DNA of 32,000 nt from Desulfocapsa sulfexigens DSM 10523 (GCF_000341395.1 NC_020304.1:1260001-1292000); one strand, 5' to 3'. Counted from the stretch's first letter, positions 23,333 to 32,000 are shown. The notes: generated by a model not told the origin, from the sequence alone. Translations and numbers: made by a program.

Positions 23333-24682
23333 ATGGGAACAGAACAGAATAAATGGACGAAAACAAGCTGGAAGAACTTCACAGCCCTTCAGCAACCTAA
23401 ATGGCCGGATATGACGGCCCATGATGCGGTGCTTGAAAGACTTTCCACTTTACCGCCTCTGGTTTTCGCAGGTGAAATCAGAGATCTCAAGGCTCTGCTT
23501 GCCAAAGCCGTAACGGGAGATGCCTTTCTTGTTCAGGGGGGTGACTGTTCCGAGGATTTTTCCCAGGTTACGGCCCCTAATATTCGTGAGAAACTGAGAG
23601 TTCTGTTGCAGATGGCCGTAGTGTTGACGTATGCCGGTGGCAAACCGGTTATCAAGCTTGGCCGCATTGCTGGACAATTTGCCAAACCCCGTTCTGCAGA
23701 TACGGAAATGGTTGATGGTGTAGAGCTTATGTCTTACCGGGGAGACATGGTGAATAGTTCTGAACCCCTTGCGGCAGCTCGTATTCCCGATCCTAACCGG
23801 ATGCTGGAAGGGTATTATATGGCGGCATCAACCCTGAATCTCCTTCGTGCTTTTACACGTGGCGGTTTTGCTGCTTTACACAGAGTATCGGCATGGAATC
23901 AGGAGTTTGTGAAACAATCTCCCATGGGACGCAGTTATGAAAGACTTGGAAAACAGATTCAACAGGCTCTGCAATTCATGGAGACCATCGGTATTGATTC
24001 CAATAGTCCCCAGATGAAGCAGGCACAGTTTTTTACCTCCCATGAAGCATTGCTGCTTGGATATGAGACGGCCCTTACTCGGGAAGATTCAACCAGAGGA
24101 GGTTGGTATGACTGTTCGGCCCATATGCTCTGGATTGGTGAGCGGACCCGGCAGGTGGATGGAGCCCATGTGGAATTTTTACGGGGCGTGAACAATCCAA
24201 TAGGGGTGAAGATAGGACCGGATTATGATCTTGATAATGTGAAACAACTTATTGAGACGCTGAATCCCGAAAATGAAGCAGGCCGTTTGACCCTGATAAC
24301 CAGGCTAGGTATGAAAAATATCGAAAAAGTGTTGCCTCCGCTTCTTCGTGAAGCCAAAAGGGAAGGTTATAATATAGTTTGGAGCTGTGATCCCATGCAT
24401 GCCAATACCTATACGGCAAAAAGTGGCCATAAGACACGAAATTTCAATGATATACTCTCTGAAATAACCTGTTTCTTCGAAACCCATTGGGCAGAGGGAA
24501 CTATCCCTGGTGGCATTCATCTCGAGATGACCGGCAATAATGTTACTGAATGTACCGGAGGTGCCAGAAATATCGTTGATGAGGAGTTAATGAATAACTA
24601 CCTTACGACATGTGATCCACGCCTCAATGCTGAGCAGAGCCTGGAAGTGGCCTTTCAGATAGCAGACATGATCCGTAGTTAA
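23333..24682 (+). CDS. Class II (plant-type) 3-deoxy-7-phosphoheptulonate (DAHP) synthase
   Basis: 'QQPKWPD', 'PPLVFAGE', 'AFLVQGGDCSEDF', 'RIAGQFAKPRS' and 'WSCDPMHANT' are present. I placed the start at MGTEQNKW; the tracked ORF start at 23237 overlaps the previous gene. Confidence 0.9.
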   Translation: MGTEQNKWTKTSWKNFTALQQPKWPDMTAHDAVLERLSTLPPLVFAGEIRDLKALLAKAVTGDAFLVQGGDCSEDFSQVTAPNIREKLRVLLQMAVVLTYAGGKPVIKLGRIAGQFAKPRSADTEMVDGVELMSYRGDMVNSSEPLAAARIPDPNRMLEGYYMAASTLNLLRAFTRGGFAALHRVSAWNQEFVKQSPMGRSYERLGKQIQQALQFMETIGIDSNSPQMKQAQFFTSHEALLLGYETALTREDSTRGGWYDCSAHMLWIGERTRQVDGAHVEFLRGVNNPIGVKIGPDYDLDNVKQLIETLNPENEAGRLTLITRLGMKNIEKVLPPLLREAKREGYNIVWSCDPMHANTYTAKSGHKTRNFNDILSEITCFFETHWAEGTIPGGIHLEMTGNNVTECTGGARNIVDEELMNNYLTTCDPRLNAEQSLEVAFQIADMIRS

Positions 24683-24695
24683 AAAAGCGGCTGCA

Positions 24696-24746
24696 GGTAC
24701 TGCATTTCGTTAAATGCGGTACCTATGGCCACTTCCTGCTTTTTTA
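24696..24746 (+). terminator. Probable terminator region after the DAHP synthase gene
   Basis: GGTACTGCATTT-cgtt-AAATGCGGTACC forms a 12-bp stem (one G.U). An outer GCAGG/CCTGC pairing is followed by TTTTTT (24740-24746). Confidence 0.5.
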
Positions 24747-25003
24747 TTCTATTTTCTTGTGTTGGGAAATTGAAAGATTATTGAATTTTCCAGTCACCTA
24801 TCTGCTTTTCGTTGTTTTTCCTTTCCTACCGATGATTTCCAGCTTGTTTTTGTACTGTTGAATTTCCATGTGTGGCCATTTCTTAAAAAAAGGTTTGAAT
24901 GGATGATAGTGAAATTTTGCAGGAGATTTGGGATTTTGGTACGTTACTGACATTAGAAGTGAGCTGTGGAATGCAATCAATACTGTCTTGAATGGAGGAT
25001 AAA

Positions 25004-25684
25004 ATGGTTAAACAATTTTTGTTGCTTGTATTTGTAATTTTATATGCTTCTGTGATATCCAGCCAGGCTGAAGACAGCGAAGTGATTTCAGGGGAAATTG
25101 TTACTGGATTCCGAGTGCTTACAGTTGACCCTGCCTCAAAAGATAATTATTTCACCGTCTATCGGGGAGATTATATAAAGTTCAGCTATCCGGAGGAATT
25201 CACCTCCCTGGCATTCAGTATGGAGGCGTTGAAGCTTGGAGATATGCTCTCTCCAAAACCGGAGGACTCTCCATTTTTTAAAATGAAGGCCGTGGGGAGC
25301 TACGATTATAGTCTTGGTGAGGGCGGTGGCAGCATCACCGTTGTTGACCTTGTACGTCCTAATTATACTGAGGTTACGGCCGATGAGGCTGCAGATATTT
25401 TAAAAAATCTTAAGCCGTTTATCCTTGATGTACGAACTCCTGAAGAATATCAGCAGGTGCATATTGAGGGAACACATCTGATTCCCATCCAGCAGTTGCA
25501 GGCAAGGATTGGAGAACTGGAACCCAGGAAGCATGAAGATGTTTTTATCTACTGTGCCACCGGAAACAGATCAACCGTTGCCTCGCGAATACTGGCTGAT
25601 CAGGGATTTAAACGGATTTACAATCTGCGTTACGGCGTCTATGACTGGGTACGTAAGGGGCATCCTTACAAAACCGGAAGGTGA
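25004..25684 (+). CDS. Exported rhodanese-domain sulfurtransferase with an unassigned N-terminal beta-rich domain
   Basis: Signal peptide 'FLLLVFVILYASVISSQA'. The C-terminal rhodanese has the active-site loop 'CATGNRS'. I placed the start at MVKQF, 6 nt after GGAGGA. Confidence 0.8.
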   Translation: MVKQFLLLVFVILYASVISSQAEDSEVISGEIVTGFRVLTVDPASKDNYFTVYRGDYIKFSYPEEFTSLAFSMEALKLGDMLSPKPEDSPFFKMKAVGSYDYSLGEGGGSITVVDLVRPNYTEVTADEAADILKNLKPFILDVRTPEEYQQVHIEGTHLIPIQQLQARIGELEPRKHEDVFIYCATGNRSTVASRILADQGFKRIYNLRYGVYDWVRKGHPYKTGR

Positions 25685-25783
25685 TTTTTCTGATTCTGAC
25701 GCATCTTGTGCTACAATTATTTTTCTGGTAGCATATGATATTTACTCCTACTTATTGATATCTCTTGCTCTTGGTACTTTGCA

Positions 25784-26605
25784 ATGAAAATAAATACGGA
25801 AGTCATCCAAAAGATTTTTGTTGTTACTTGTGAAGGATCACGACTTGATGCCTCTTTCGCGCAGACTTTTTTTAACGCTATGCAGAGTTTTATTCAGAAA
25901 GGGCATATGGATATCGTGCTCGATCTTTCAAGTGTCGAATTTGTCGATTCCACCGGGCTTGGCGCTATTGTGCAGTGCCTGAAAGAAATTGATGGGCGTG
26001 GACTGCTGGTGCTGTGTGGTGTCAGTGAGATGGTTCTCAGCCTGCTGAAGATGACTCACCTGGATGATATATTTATTCAAGCCGCAGATCGTGACGAAGC
26101 TTTTAAGAAGCTTGGTGCAGAGAAGAAAAAAAGAAGTATTCCTCGTGAGGTGGAAACGGAATTTGTTGCTACTCCTGCCAAGGTAACAGGTTTTGATGAA
26201 GCCCTGCTCGCCTCCTTAACGATGGAAGATGCTGAAACAATTGAGGATGTTAGTGACGAAGAGCGAAGAAAATACCGGCGTCTTATCAGTAAGCAGATAA
26301 CGAATGAAGAAATCATTGTTCATTGCACCAACAGCAGTACCGGGAAACGTTCCACCGGAGTTGTTCTTGATATTTCTCCAGGTGGGCTTCTCCTGGTCTC
26401 GCCTTCAAAACTTTCAGTTGGCGACGAATTTATTCTGGAGGGACGTATTGGAAGAGCATTTAAATTCAAAGAACATACTGTGATCCGTAACTGTCGTGAT
26501 GGAAAATACGGTCTTGAGTTTATTAAGCCGTCCCGCAAAACCACCTCATTTATTCAGCAACTCACTGGTTCTGTGGTGTTGACTAAGAAATGGGCCAGGA
26601 ACTAA
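25784..26605 (+). CDS. STAS (anti-sigma-factor antagonist) domain fused to a C-terminal PilZ domain
   Basis: The STAS part reads 'VLDLSSVEFVDSTGLGAIV' (SpoIIAA/RsbV-type phospho-Ser context, DSTG). The PilZ part has 'RRKYRR' (RRxxxR) and 'DISPGG' (DxSxxG), followed by 'GDEFILEG...KYGLEF'. Confidence 0.85.
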   Translation: MKINTEVIQKIFVVTCEGSRLDASFAQTFFNAMQSFIQKGHMDIVLDLSSVEFVDSTGLGAIVQCLKEIDGRGLLVLCGVSEMVLSLLKMTHLDDIFIQAADRDEAFKKLGAEKKKRSIPREVETEFVATPAKVTGFDEALLASLTMEDAETIEDVSDEERRKYRRLISKQITNEEIIVHCTNSSTGKRSTGVVLDISPGGLLLVSPSKLSVGDEFILEGRIGRAFKFKEHTVIRNCRDGKYGLEFIKPSRKTTSFIQQLTGSVVLTKKWARN

Positions 26606-26641
26606 GTCTTCCATTAATACACGTAACTCCATACTGTTCTG

Positions 26642-27094
26642 ATGTCATCGGTAACGAATGAAATCCCCTCGGGTTCCTCTATAGTCTTCCGCGTTCCAGC
26701 ACGTCTTGCTGATGTTCGTTTGCTTGGTTTTTCAGTTCATGCCCTCTTCCAGAATCTTGGTTTTAATAATATCGAAACCTATCAGCTTGAACTGGCAGTG
26801 ACGGAATCAGCCAATAATATTGTCAAACATGCCTATAAGTTTGCAGAAGATACTTATTTCAACATGAAATTTACCACCACTGATGACAGGGTTATCTGCA
26901 CCTTTGTGGACCATGGAATATTTGAGAATTTTCTGAAAAACAATGGCCAGGGGGAAATTGCCATTAATACCAAAATACTTCCGCCAGATAGTAGAGGAAT
27001 TGCTATTATTTGCGAAGTTATGGATGAGGTAAGTTATCGCAGGTCAGGTGATAAGAATATTTTAAGACTTGTAAAATATTTCTCCCGGTTCTGA
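26642..27094 (+). CDS. RsbW/SpoIIAB-like anti-sigma serine kinase (HATPase_c_2)
   Basis: 'ELAVTESANNIVKHAY' is the N-box and 'VDHG' is G1-like. 'DSRGIAIICEVMDEV' is also present. The size is ~150 aa. Confidence 0.8.
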   Translation: MSSVTNEIPSGSSIVFRVPARLADVRLLGFSVHALFQNLGFNNIETYQLELAVTESANNIVKHAYKFAEDTYFNMKFTTTDDRVICTFVDHGIFENFLKNNGQGEIAINTKILPPDSRGIAIICEVMDEVSYRRSGDKNILRLVKYFSRF

Positions 27095-27099
27095 AGAAA

Positions 27100-28290
27100 A
27101 TGGATCTCATTGAAAAACAGAGTACAGTTCTTGTTGTTGATGACAGTGAGGCCATCCAGACATTATTAAAGGCGTATCTTCGTGACGGTGGATATAATGT
27201 AATGGGTGCAGTTGATGGCGTGGAAGCGCTTGACGTCTGTCTTCGGAATTCGGTTGACCTCATTCTCCTTGATATAGCCATGCCCAAAATGGATGGTTTT
27301 TCTCTGTGTGAAAGACTGCAGAGTGAAAAAAGGTTACGGGCTATCCCCGTCATCATGCTCTCTGCCCGTGAAGATATGGCGTCAAAAATGCGGTCTTTTG
27401 AGCTTGGAGCGGTTGATTACATAACCAAACCAGTTGGCAGGGGTGAGCTGCTGGCTCGTATTCATACGCATCTGGCAATTAGTCGGCTCACTATTTCCCT
27501 TCAGAATGCGAACAGGGAACTGCTTGTTCAGCAGCAGCAATTACTTCAAGGTCTTCATGCCGCCGCAGACCTTCAAAAACACCTTCTTCCCAGGCGTGTT
27601 CCAGATTGTAAGGAATTACGTTTTGCCTCCTACTTTCAACCCTGCCAGGAGGTAGGGGGGGATATTTATAATATTCAGCGACTGGATAGTGACCATCTGG
27701 CTATCTACATCCTCGATGTTTCCGGGCATGGTTTCCCCGCTGCAATGATGACGGCGCTCGCTACTCAGGCACTTAGCGGTTTTGCTGCGATCACCAAAAA
27801 ACAGGGCATGGATGGAAGGGTGGAAAGCGTTACCTCACCGGGAGAGGTGATTCGGGAGCTGAACAAGGAATTTCCAATGGCCCGTTTTAATCGCTATATG
27901 ACAATCGTGTACCTCCTTTTTAATACGAAAAATAGTACCTTCCGATACTGTTGTGCAGGGCACCCCCCGGTTATTCACATGACGCGTGAGGGAGGAATTA
28001 CAGCCCTGGATACAGGTGGGCCTCCTGCTGGAATGGATGGCCACTGGGATGAGGCTGAGGGCTGTTTAAACAGCGGTGACAGGCTTTTCTTCTATACGGA
28101 CGGTTTTACTGAATATAGTAATGAAAAGGGTGAATTGTACGGTACAGAGCGCTTTTTTAACTCCATGATTGGTAGTCGTGAGTTGCCACTTAAGGAGGCG
28201 GCACGGAGTATTATTGGAGAATTGAAACAGTTTGGCGATCAGCTCGATGGGAATGATGATATGACCCTACTGGTTGTGGAGAAAAAATAG
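27100..28290 (+). CDS. Response regulator receiver fused to a PP2C/SpoIIE-type serine phosphatase (RsbU-like)
   Basis: REC motifs: 'VLVVDDSE', 'LILLDIAMPKMDGF' and 'VDYITKP'. PP2C motifs: 'VGGDIYN', 'ILDVSGHGFPAAMMTA', 'FFYTDGFTE' and 'NDDMTLLVV'. Confidence 0.9.
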   Translation: MDLIEKQSTVLVVDDSEAIQTLLKAYLRDGGYNVMGAVDGVEALDVCLRNSVDLILLDIAMPKMDGFSLCERLQSEKRLRAIPVIMLSAREDMASKMRSFELGAVDYITKPVGRGELLARIHTHLAISRLTISLQNANRELLVQQQQLLQGLHAAADLQKHLLPRRVPDCKELRFASYFQPCQEVGGDIYNIQRLDSDHLAIYILDVSGHGFPAAMMTALATQALSGFAAITKKQGMDGRVESVTSPGEVIRELNKEFPMARFNRYMTIVYLLFNTKNSTFRYCCAGHPPVIHMTREGGITALDTGGPPAGMDGHWDEAEGCLNSGDRLFFYTDGFTEYSNEKGELYGTERFFNSMIGSRELPLKEAARSIIGELKQFGDQLDGNDDMTLLVVEKK

Positions 28291-28341
28291 TAGGGTGCTT
28301 TCCTGGTAACAGGCGATTGCTGATTGCGAGGAAACAGTACC

Positions 28342-28692
28342 TCAGGGTTTAATGTAGGAAAACCCATCGTTTTGAAGATCAATCAGGGCCACAATACCAG
28401 CAGGAATAATCTCACACTCTTCAATAATCTGTTCTTTCGGAATTTCGAATCGTTCCATCGCATTTTTACACACCTGAAAACGAACACCCTTTATTTTTAG
28501 ATCCCTGACCCGCTCGAGAAGCACTCCAATACTGTTGCGACTCATAAGCTTTGCTGCTGGCCCATTGAAGAGGATTACCAGATCGTGCTCTTCTCCGGGG
28601 ATCGCTTTCAGCAGGTTTACAACATTATTTAAAGCCAGATTCAGTATTGGCTCTTCATTTTGATCCACGTGAAAAACAGCTTTATAGGCCAT
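28342..28692 (-). CDS. DsrE/DsrF-like family protein (COG1416-type)
   Basis: 'KAVFHV', 'LVILFNGPA' and 'RFQVCKNAM' are present in a 116-aa protein. Confidence 0.7.
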   Translation of the reverse strand: MAYKAVFHVDQNEEPILNLALNNVVNLLKAIPGEEHDLVILFNGPAAKLMSRNSIGVLLERVRDLKIKGVRFQVCKNAMERFEIPKEQIIEECEIIPAGIVALIDLQNDGFSYIKP

Positions 28693-28721
28693 AACATTCT
28701 CCTTCTAGTGGTTGACTTGTT

Positions 28722-29273
28722 TTATTGGACACCAAGCAGGGCGTCACGAAGATCTTCACTCACCGGCTTGTTTCCTAACCAGATGGAGAGAAGAGCATGG
28801 TTGAAATATTCGCCTAAAACAGTTCCCTGGGTTTTTCCGGCAATACTGATAACAGTACCCTGATCAGGGGTGTAATCGAGAATGATTTCTTCACCCCGGT
28901 GTACATCGATAAAGGAATTATTAAATTGCTGAATTTCAGGATCAAGCGTTTTAAGTTGTTCTGAAGTGAGGTTTGCCATAAATCCTTCATTCCAGCTATC
29001 AACCAGCTTTTCTCTGCTCACTTCATCATACAGCATATGCATAGTCATTCTTTTTCGGCCTGGGGTGTTGAGGATATCCTCGGCTCTAGGTGATGGGTGC
29101 TCAAGATAGAGTTCAGCAATATAGATTTTAAAGAAAAATTTGGATCGAATACCTGCCCCATTTAGTTTCAAATCAGTACCGAGAGTTTCAGGAACAGTGA
29201 CACCGGCAATCTCAAGTCCCATTGCTGGAACGCTGAAGCAGAGAAGAAAAAGAGAAACAAGTAATTTAAACAT
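28722..29273 (-). CDS. Chalcone-isomerase-like family protein, exported
   Basis: Signal peptide 'MFKLLVSLFLLCFSVPAMG'. 'LKLNGAGIRSKFFFKIYIAELYLE' and 'ALLSIWLGNKPVSEDLRDALLG' are typical of bacterial CHI-like (Chalcone_3) proteins. I placed the start at the internal ATG; the tracked ORF runs to 29405. Confidence 0.75.
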   Translation of the reverse strand: MFKLLVSLFLLCFSVPAMGLEIAGVTVPETLGTDLKLNGAGIRSKFFFKIYIAELYLEHPSPRAEDILNTPGRKRMTMHMLYDEVSREKLVDSWNEGFMANLTSEQLKTLDPEIQQFNNSFIDVHRGEEIILDYTPDQGTVISIAGKTQGTVLGEYFNHALLSIWLGNKPVSEDLRDALLGVQ

Positions 29274-29496
29274 AATGAAGTACCCACGTTCTGATCGTTG
29301 GCAGGGCTTCCTGTAAGCTACCATAATCAATGTGTAAGAGTTTTTTTTAAAGAAATATCCTAACAGAATTGCGGTTATTCTGGCAATTGGAAAATGTTTT
29401 TTCAAAATAAGGTGCTTTTTTTTTAGACGGTGCTCACTCTGTGAGCACCTCCCCCTGTTATTATCTTTTTAAACACTTTGGAAAGGAGAATAACAG

Positions 29497-29721
29497 ATGA
29501 AAGAGAAAATGATTGATAACGGGGGCCACTGTTTTCAGCCAATTTTGCCACTTGGTTGCTGGACTCCCTATCGTAATAAAAAACCGGGTGTGGCCAGATG
29601 GCTGATGAGGCGATATAGGAAGGAGATTGATTTTGTGCTCGCTGCATTGGCAATTGGCTTTATGCTGTTAGCAGGGATATGGATGTTTCTTGTTGAACTT
29701 GCGGATGTCGGTCTCAGTTAG
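29497..29721 (+). CDS. Small hypothetical membrane protein (74 aa)
   Basis: SD AGGAG lies 8 nt upstream. The C-terminal hydrophobic helix is 'FVLAALAIGFMLLAGIWMFLV'. Two Cys occur in 'HCFQPILPLGCW'. I recognise no family. Confidence 0.45.
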   Translation: MKEKMIDNGGHCFQPILPLGCWTPYRNKKPGVARWLMRRYRKEIDFVLAALAIGFMLLAGIWMFLVELADVGLS

Positions 29722-29874
29722 TAGACTGGTCTCAGAATGTGACAATTTCTGATAAAGAGAATTCATTACTTTATGAACGTGATGAGTTAGTATTAGGGGT
29801 AGAAGTGGTTCATTTATGGTATTATCGTTAAAAATTTTATATGAGATTCTGTTTTAAAACGGCTTGAGGACAAG

Positions 29875-31677
29875 ATGACAGAGTATAGTTCAAATACAAC
29901 AAACCACACTTTTCATATTCCGGTTATGGGAACAGGGTTTACCATAGATACGCCGCTGAAAGTAGCAAGGTATGGAATTTCTTCTTCAATTTCTCTGGTG
30001 GATGACGTTCTGATTGAACAGGTACGGAAGTTCTACTGTCAGCAGGAGAATGAACCCTATGAAGAGATCACAAATTCGAGTGACGATTCACGTGCACGTC
30101 GTATCACAGCCTATCTGAATCTTGTTGACCGATTGGTACGACGGCAGGTGGAAGAGTTGCAACGCTCGCCTTTTGAAAAGGAGAGTGAGATCACCAAGTA
30201 CTACGAGATGCTTCCGGACGATTCTCCTCTGAAAAACGAATACGCTGAAATGCTGGCAACTGCTGATCAATCAAAAAAGAGTGCTTTACAGGAAATACTT
30301 CGAACGAAGGCTGTTCCAGGCAGTATCGATGTAAATATCATGACCAAACTTGATCGTGACAGGTATAACAAAGGAGAAAAGTTGTCGCCGATCTACGCCG
30401 ATGCAATGAGTGCTCTGCGAGGTTTTGCAGAAAGCACTCTGAATTCTTCAATGGTTTTTTCGGCAGGGATTAATAAACGATTATATCGTTATATGACAGA
30501 GTTCAAGGATTTTTTTCCCAACGCAAATGGTGAGATGAAAAAGAAAATTATCCTGAAAGTAAGTGATCATCGATCATCGGAGATTCAGGGTCGTTTTCTC
30601 GCAAAATTAGGCTTATGGGCCTCTGAGTTTCGTATTGAATCAGGCTTGAACTGTGGAGGGCATGCCTTTGCGTCTAAGGGGTTTCTACTTGGTGTGGTCC
30701 TCGAAGAGTTCAAAAGGAAAAAAGCTGAGTTACTCAAAAAACTTATCCCCATGTATGCAAAGGGTTTGTCAGAGCAGGGAGCGTGTGACGCCAGACTTCC
30801 GGACGACTTTCGGATTACGGTTCAAGGGGGTGTGGGGACAGCGGATGAACATCAATTTCTTCTGAAATATTATGGGGTAAACAGCGTTGGCTGGGGCACT
30901 CCTTTTATGCTTGTGCCAGAAGCAACCCATATGGATGACGTGAATATTAAACGCCTCATGAATGCCTCGGATGATGATGTTTATCTCAGCGATGCCTCTC
31001 CATTGGGAATTCCTTTCTGGAATTTACGGAGTTCCACCAGTGAAGACAAACGACGTGAACGGATAGAAAAAGGAAAACCTGGTTCTTCCTGCCCGAAGGG
31101 ATTTGTCGGTTTTAATACAGAATTCACCAAGATGCCTATTTGTGTAGCTTCCCGCGCTTATATAAACAAAAAACTCAAGCTTCTTGCAAAGGAAAGCCAT
31201 CCTCCAAAGGCTCTTGATATTATAAAAGAGAGGATACTCGCGAAGGCCTGTATTTGTCACGAACTTGGTGGCAACGCAACTGTTCCTCTTGGTATTGATC
31301 CAGAGGCAGATTCCACGGTCTGCTGCGGGCCTGGGATTGTTGATTTTTGCAAAATTGCAACGCTTCGGGAGATGCTTGATCATATTTATGGACGTTTTTC
31401 ATTGCTGAAATCGAGTGATCGTCCGCATATGTTTGTAAAAGAACTTGGTTTGTATATTGACTATCTTCGTAAAGAAATAGACAACTTTCCGGTGGGACTT
31501 GCAGTGAATAGTGCTTCCTTTCTGGAGGGAATGAGGGAAAATTTGTTTAAGGGTATCGAATATTACCAGGCACTTTCGAGTGAGCTTGTTGAAGATTCCC
31601 AGGAGAAATTTTTGGCGGGATTGAAGAACATGAAAAAAGCCCTCGAACCGTTGTCACTTGACAAGGCGGAGCTGTAA
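29875..31677 (+). CDS. Large conserved-looking hypothetical protein (600 aa); possible divergent TIM-barrel flavoenzyme-like fold
   Basis: It is a long clean ORF with SD GAGG 6 nt upstream. 'ESGLNCGGHAF' and 'VQGGVGTADE...GVNSVGWGTPFM' weakly resemble the 'EAGGH' and 'GGI' motifs of NMO/FabK-type enzymes. There is a Cys cluster near the C-terminus ('CICHELGG', 'VCCGPG'). Confidence 0.8.
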   Translation: MTEYSSNTTNHTFHIPVMGTGFTIDTPLKVARYGISSSISLVDDVLIEQVRKFYCQQENEPYEEITNSSDDSRARRITAYLNLVDRLVRRQVEELQRSPFEKESEITKYYEMLPDDSPLKNEYAEMLATADQSKKSALQEILRTKAVPGSIDVNIMTKLDRDRYNKGEKLSPIYADAMSALRGFAESTLNSSMVFSAGINKRLYRYMTEFKDFFPNANGEMKKKIILKVSDHRSSEIQGRFLAKLGLWASEFRIESGLNCGGHAFASKGFLLGVVLEEFKRKKAELLKKLIPMYAKGLSEQGACDARLPDDFRITVQGGVGTADEHQFLLKYYGVNSVGWGTPFMLVPEATHMDDVNIKRLMNASDDDVYLSDASPLGIPFWNLRSSTSEDKRRERIEKGKPGSSCPKGFVGFNTEFTKMPICVASRAYINKKLKLLAKESHPPKALDIIKERILAKACICHELGGNATVPLGIDPEADSTVCCGPGIVDFCKIATLREMLDHIYGRFSLLKSSDRPHMFVKELGLYIDYLRKEIDNFPVGLAVNSASFLEGMRENLFKGIEYYQALSSELVEDSQEKFLAGLKNMKKALEPLSLDKAEL

Positions 31678-31747
31678 TTGCTGCGAACAGGGGTAAAGCT
31701 GATTTCTTCTTCTGCACTCCTGTTTCAGGTAACTTCAATATTTTCTA

Positions 31748-32000
31748 TTATTTGTTTCTCTTCACCCATACCTTTTCCGTCCTGGAAACAGTTTCCTGTT
31801 GAACGGGTCTTTTTTTGTAGAGAGAAAGGCCCTGGAGAAAATGACGCAGAAACTGATCGCCGCATGCTTTGTAGTGTTTGTGGCTCTTTCTTCTGAAAAA
31901 GGCTGAGAGTTCAGACTTGGAAATTTCCATTTCAGATAGTTTGAATATCTCCAGCATATCGCTATCCTGATACATGAGTGCAATCCGGATTTTTCGTAAC
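31748..32000 (-). CDS. DUF1456 (YehS-like) family protein, 5' end outside the window
   Basis: The frame stays open to the window edge (..LRKIRIALMYQDSDMLEIFKL..). 'ACGDQFLRHFLQGL' resembles the repeat motif of YehS/DUF1456. Confidence 0.65.
   Translation of the reverse strand, partial: LRKIRIALMYQDSDMLEIFKLSEMEISKSELSAFFRRKSHKHYKACGDQFLRHFLQGLSLYKKRPVQQETVSRTEKVWVKRNK

Noticed and set aside
24798-24980. 60-aa minus-strand ORF in the gap upstream of the rhodanese gene
   Set aside because: Its product is very basic and of low complexity. It has no SD and lies in AT-rich promoter-like DNA.
29429-29449. Perfect 9-bp hairpin GGTGCTCAC-tct-GTGAGCACC with a T9 run on its 5' side
   Set aside because: The T-run precedes the stem on the plus strand and becomes an A-run after it on the minus strand. 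It therefore fits a terminator in neither direction. It may be a protein-binding palindrome, but there is no further support.
1-32000. CRISPR arrays, transposases, integrases, prophage genes, tRNA/rRNA genes, toxin-antitoxin pairs, reverse transcriptases
   Set aside because: I looked for regularly spaced direct repeats, terminal inverted repeats around ORFs, and characteristic protein motifs on both strands. I found none. A visual scan cannot exclude small or degenerate elements.

Overview
The window reads as ordinary chromosomal DNA from an anaerobic, deltaproteobacterium-like organism (Desulfobacterota-type). That guess rests on gene content only: DsrE-like proteins, a RACo/MeTr corrinoid pair, a PEP-CTERM protein, PEGA lipoproteins and PilZ/partner-switching signalling. 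I support about 33 protein-coding genes, packed on both strands. By eye I found no rRNA, tRNA, CRISPR array, transposase, integrase or phage gene.

Housekeeping anchors are radA, rsmE, prmA, RNase HI and class II DAHP synthase. Five loci deserve the closest look:
- 25784-28290: a partner-switching module whose STAS antagonist is fused to a PilZ domain carrying both canonical c-di-GMP-binding motifs. It sits next to an RsbW-like kinase and a REC-PP2C phosphatase, with no sigma factor nearby.
- 10262-13399: one 1045-aa protein fusing a radical-SAM domain, an ArsM-like methyltransferase, three vicinal Cys-Cys dyads and a Cys-rich C-terminal domain.
- 3552-5417: a CoA-transferase/acetyl-CoA-hydrolase domain fused to a Pat-type GNAT. 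It lies downstream of an unusually long 784-bp non-coding region that contains a compound RNA-structure or inverted-repeat element (5545-5668).
- 29875-31677: a 600-aa orphan protein with only weak NMO/FabK-like motifs, preceded by a small membrane-protein ORF.
- 14505-14624: a 39-codon His-rich membrane-protein gene that the 60-aa ORF track misses.

All functional calls come from motif recognition by eye. No database search was run.
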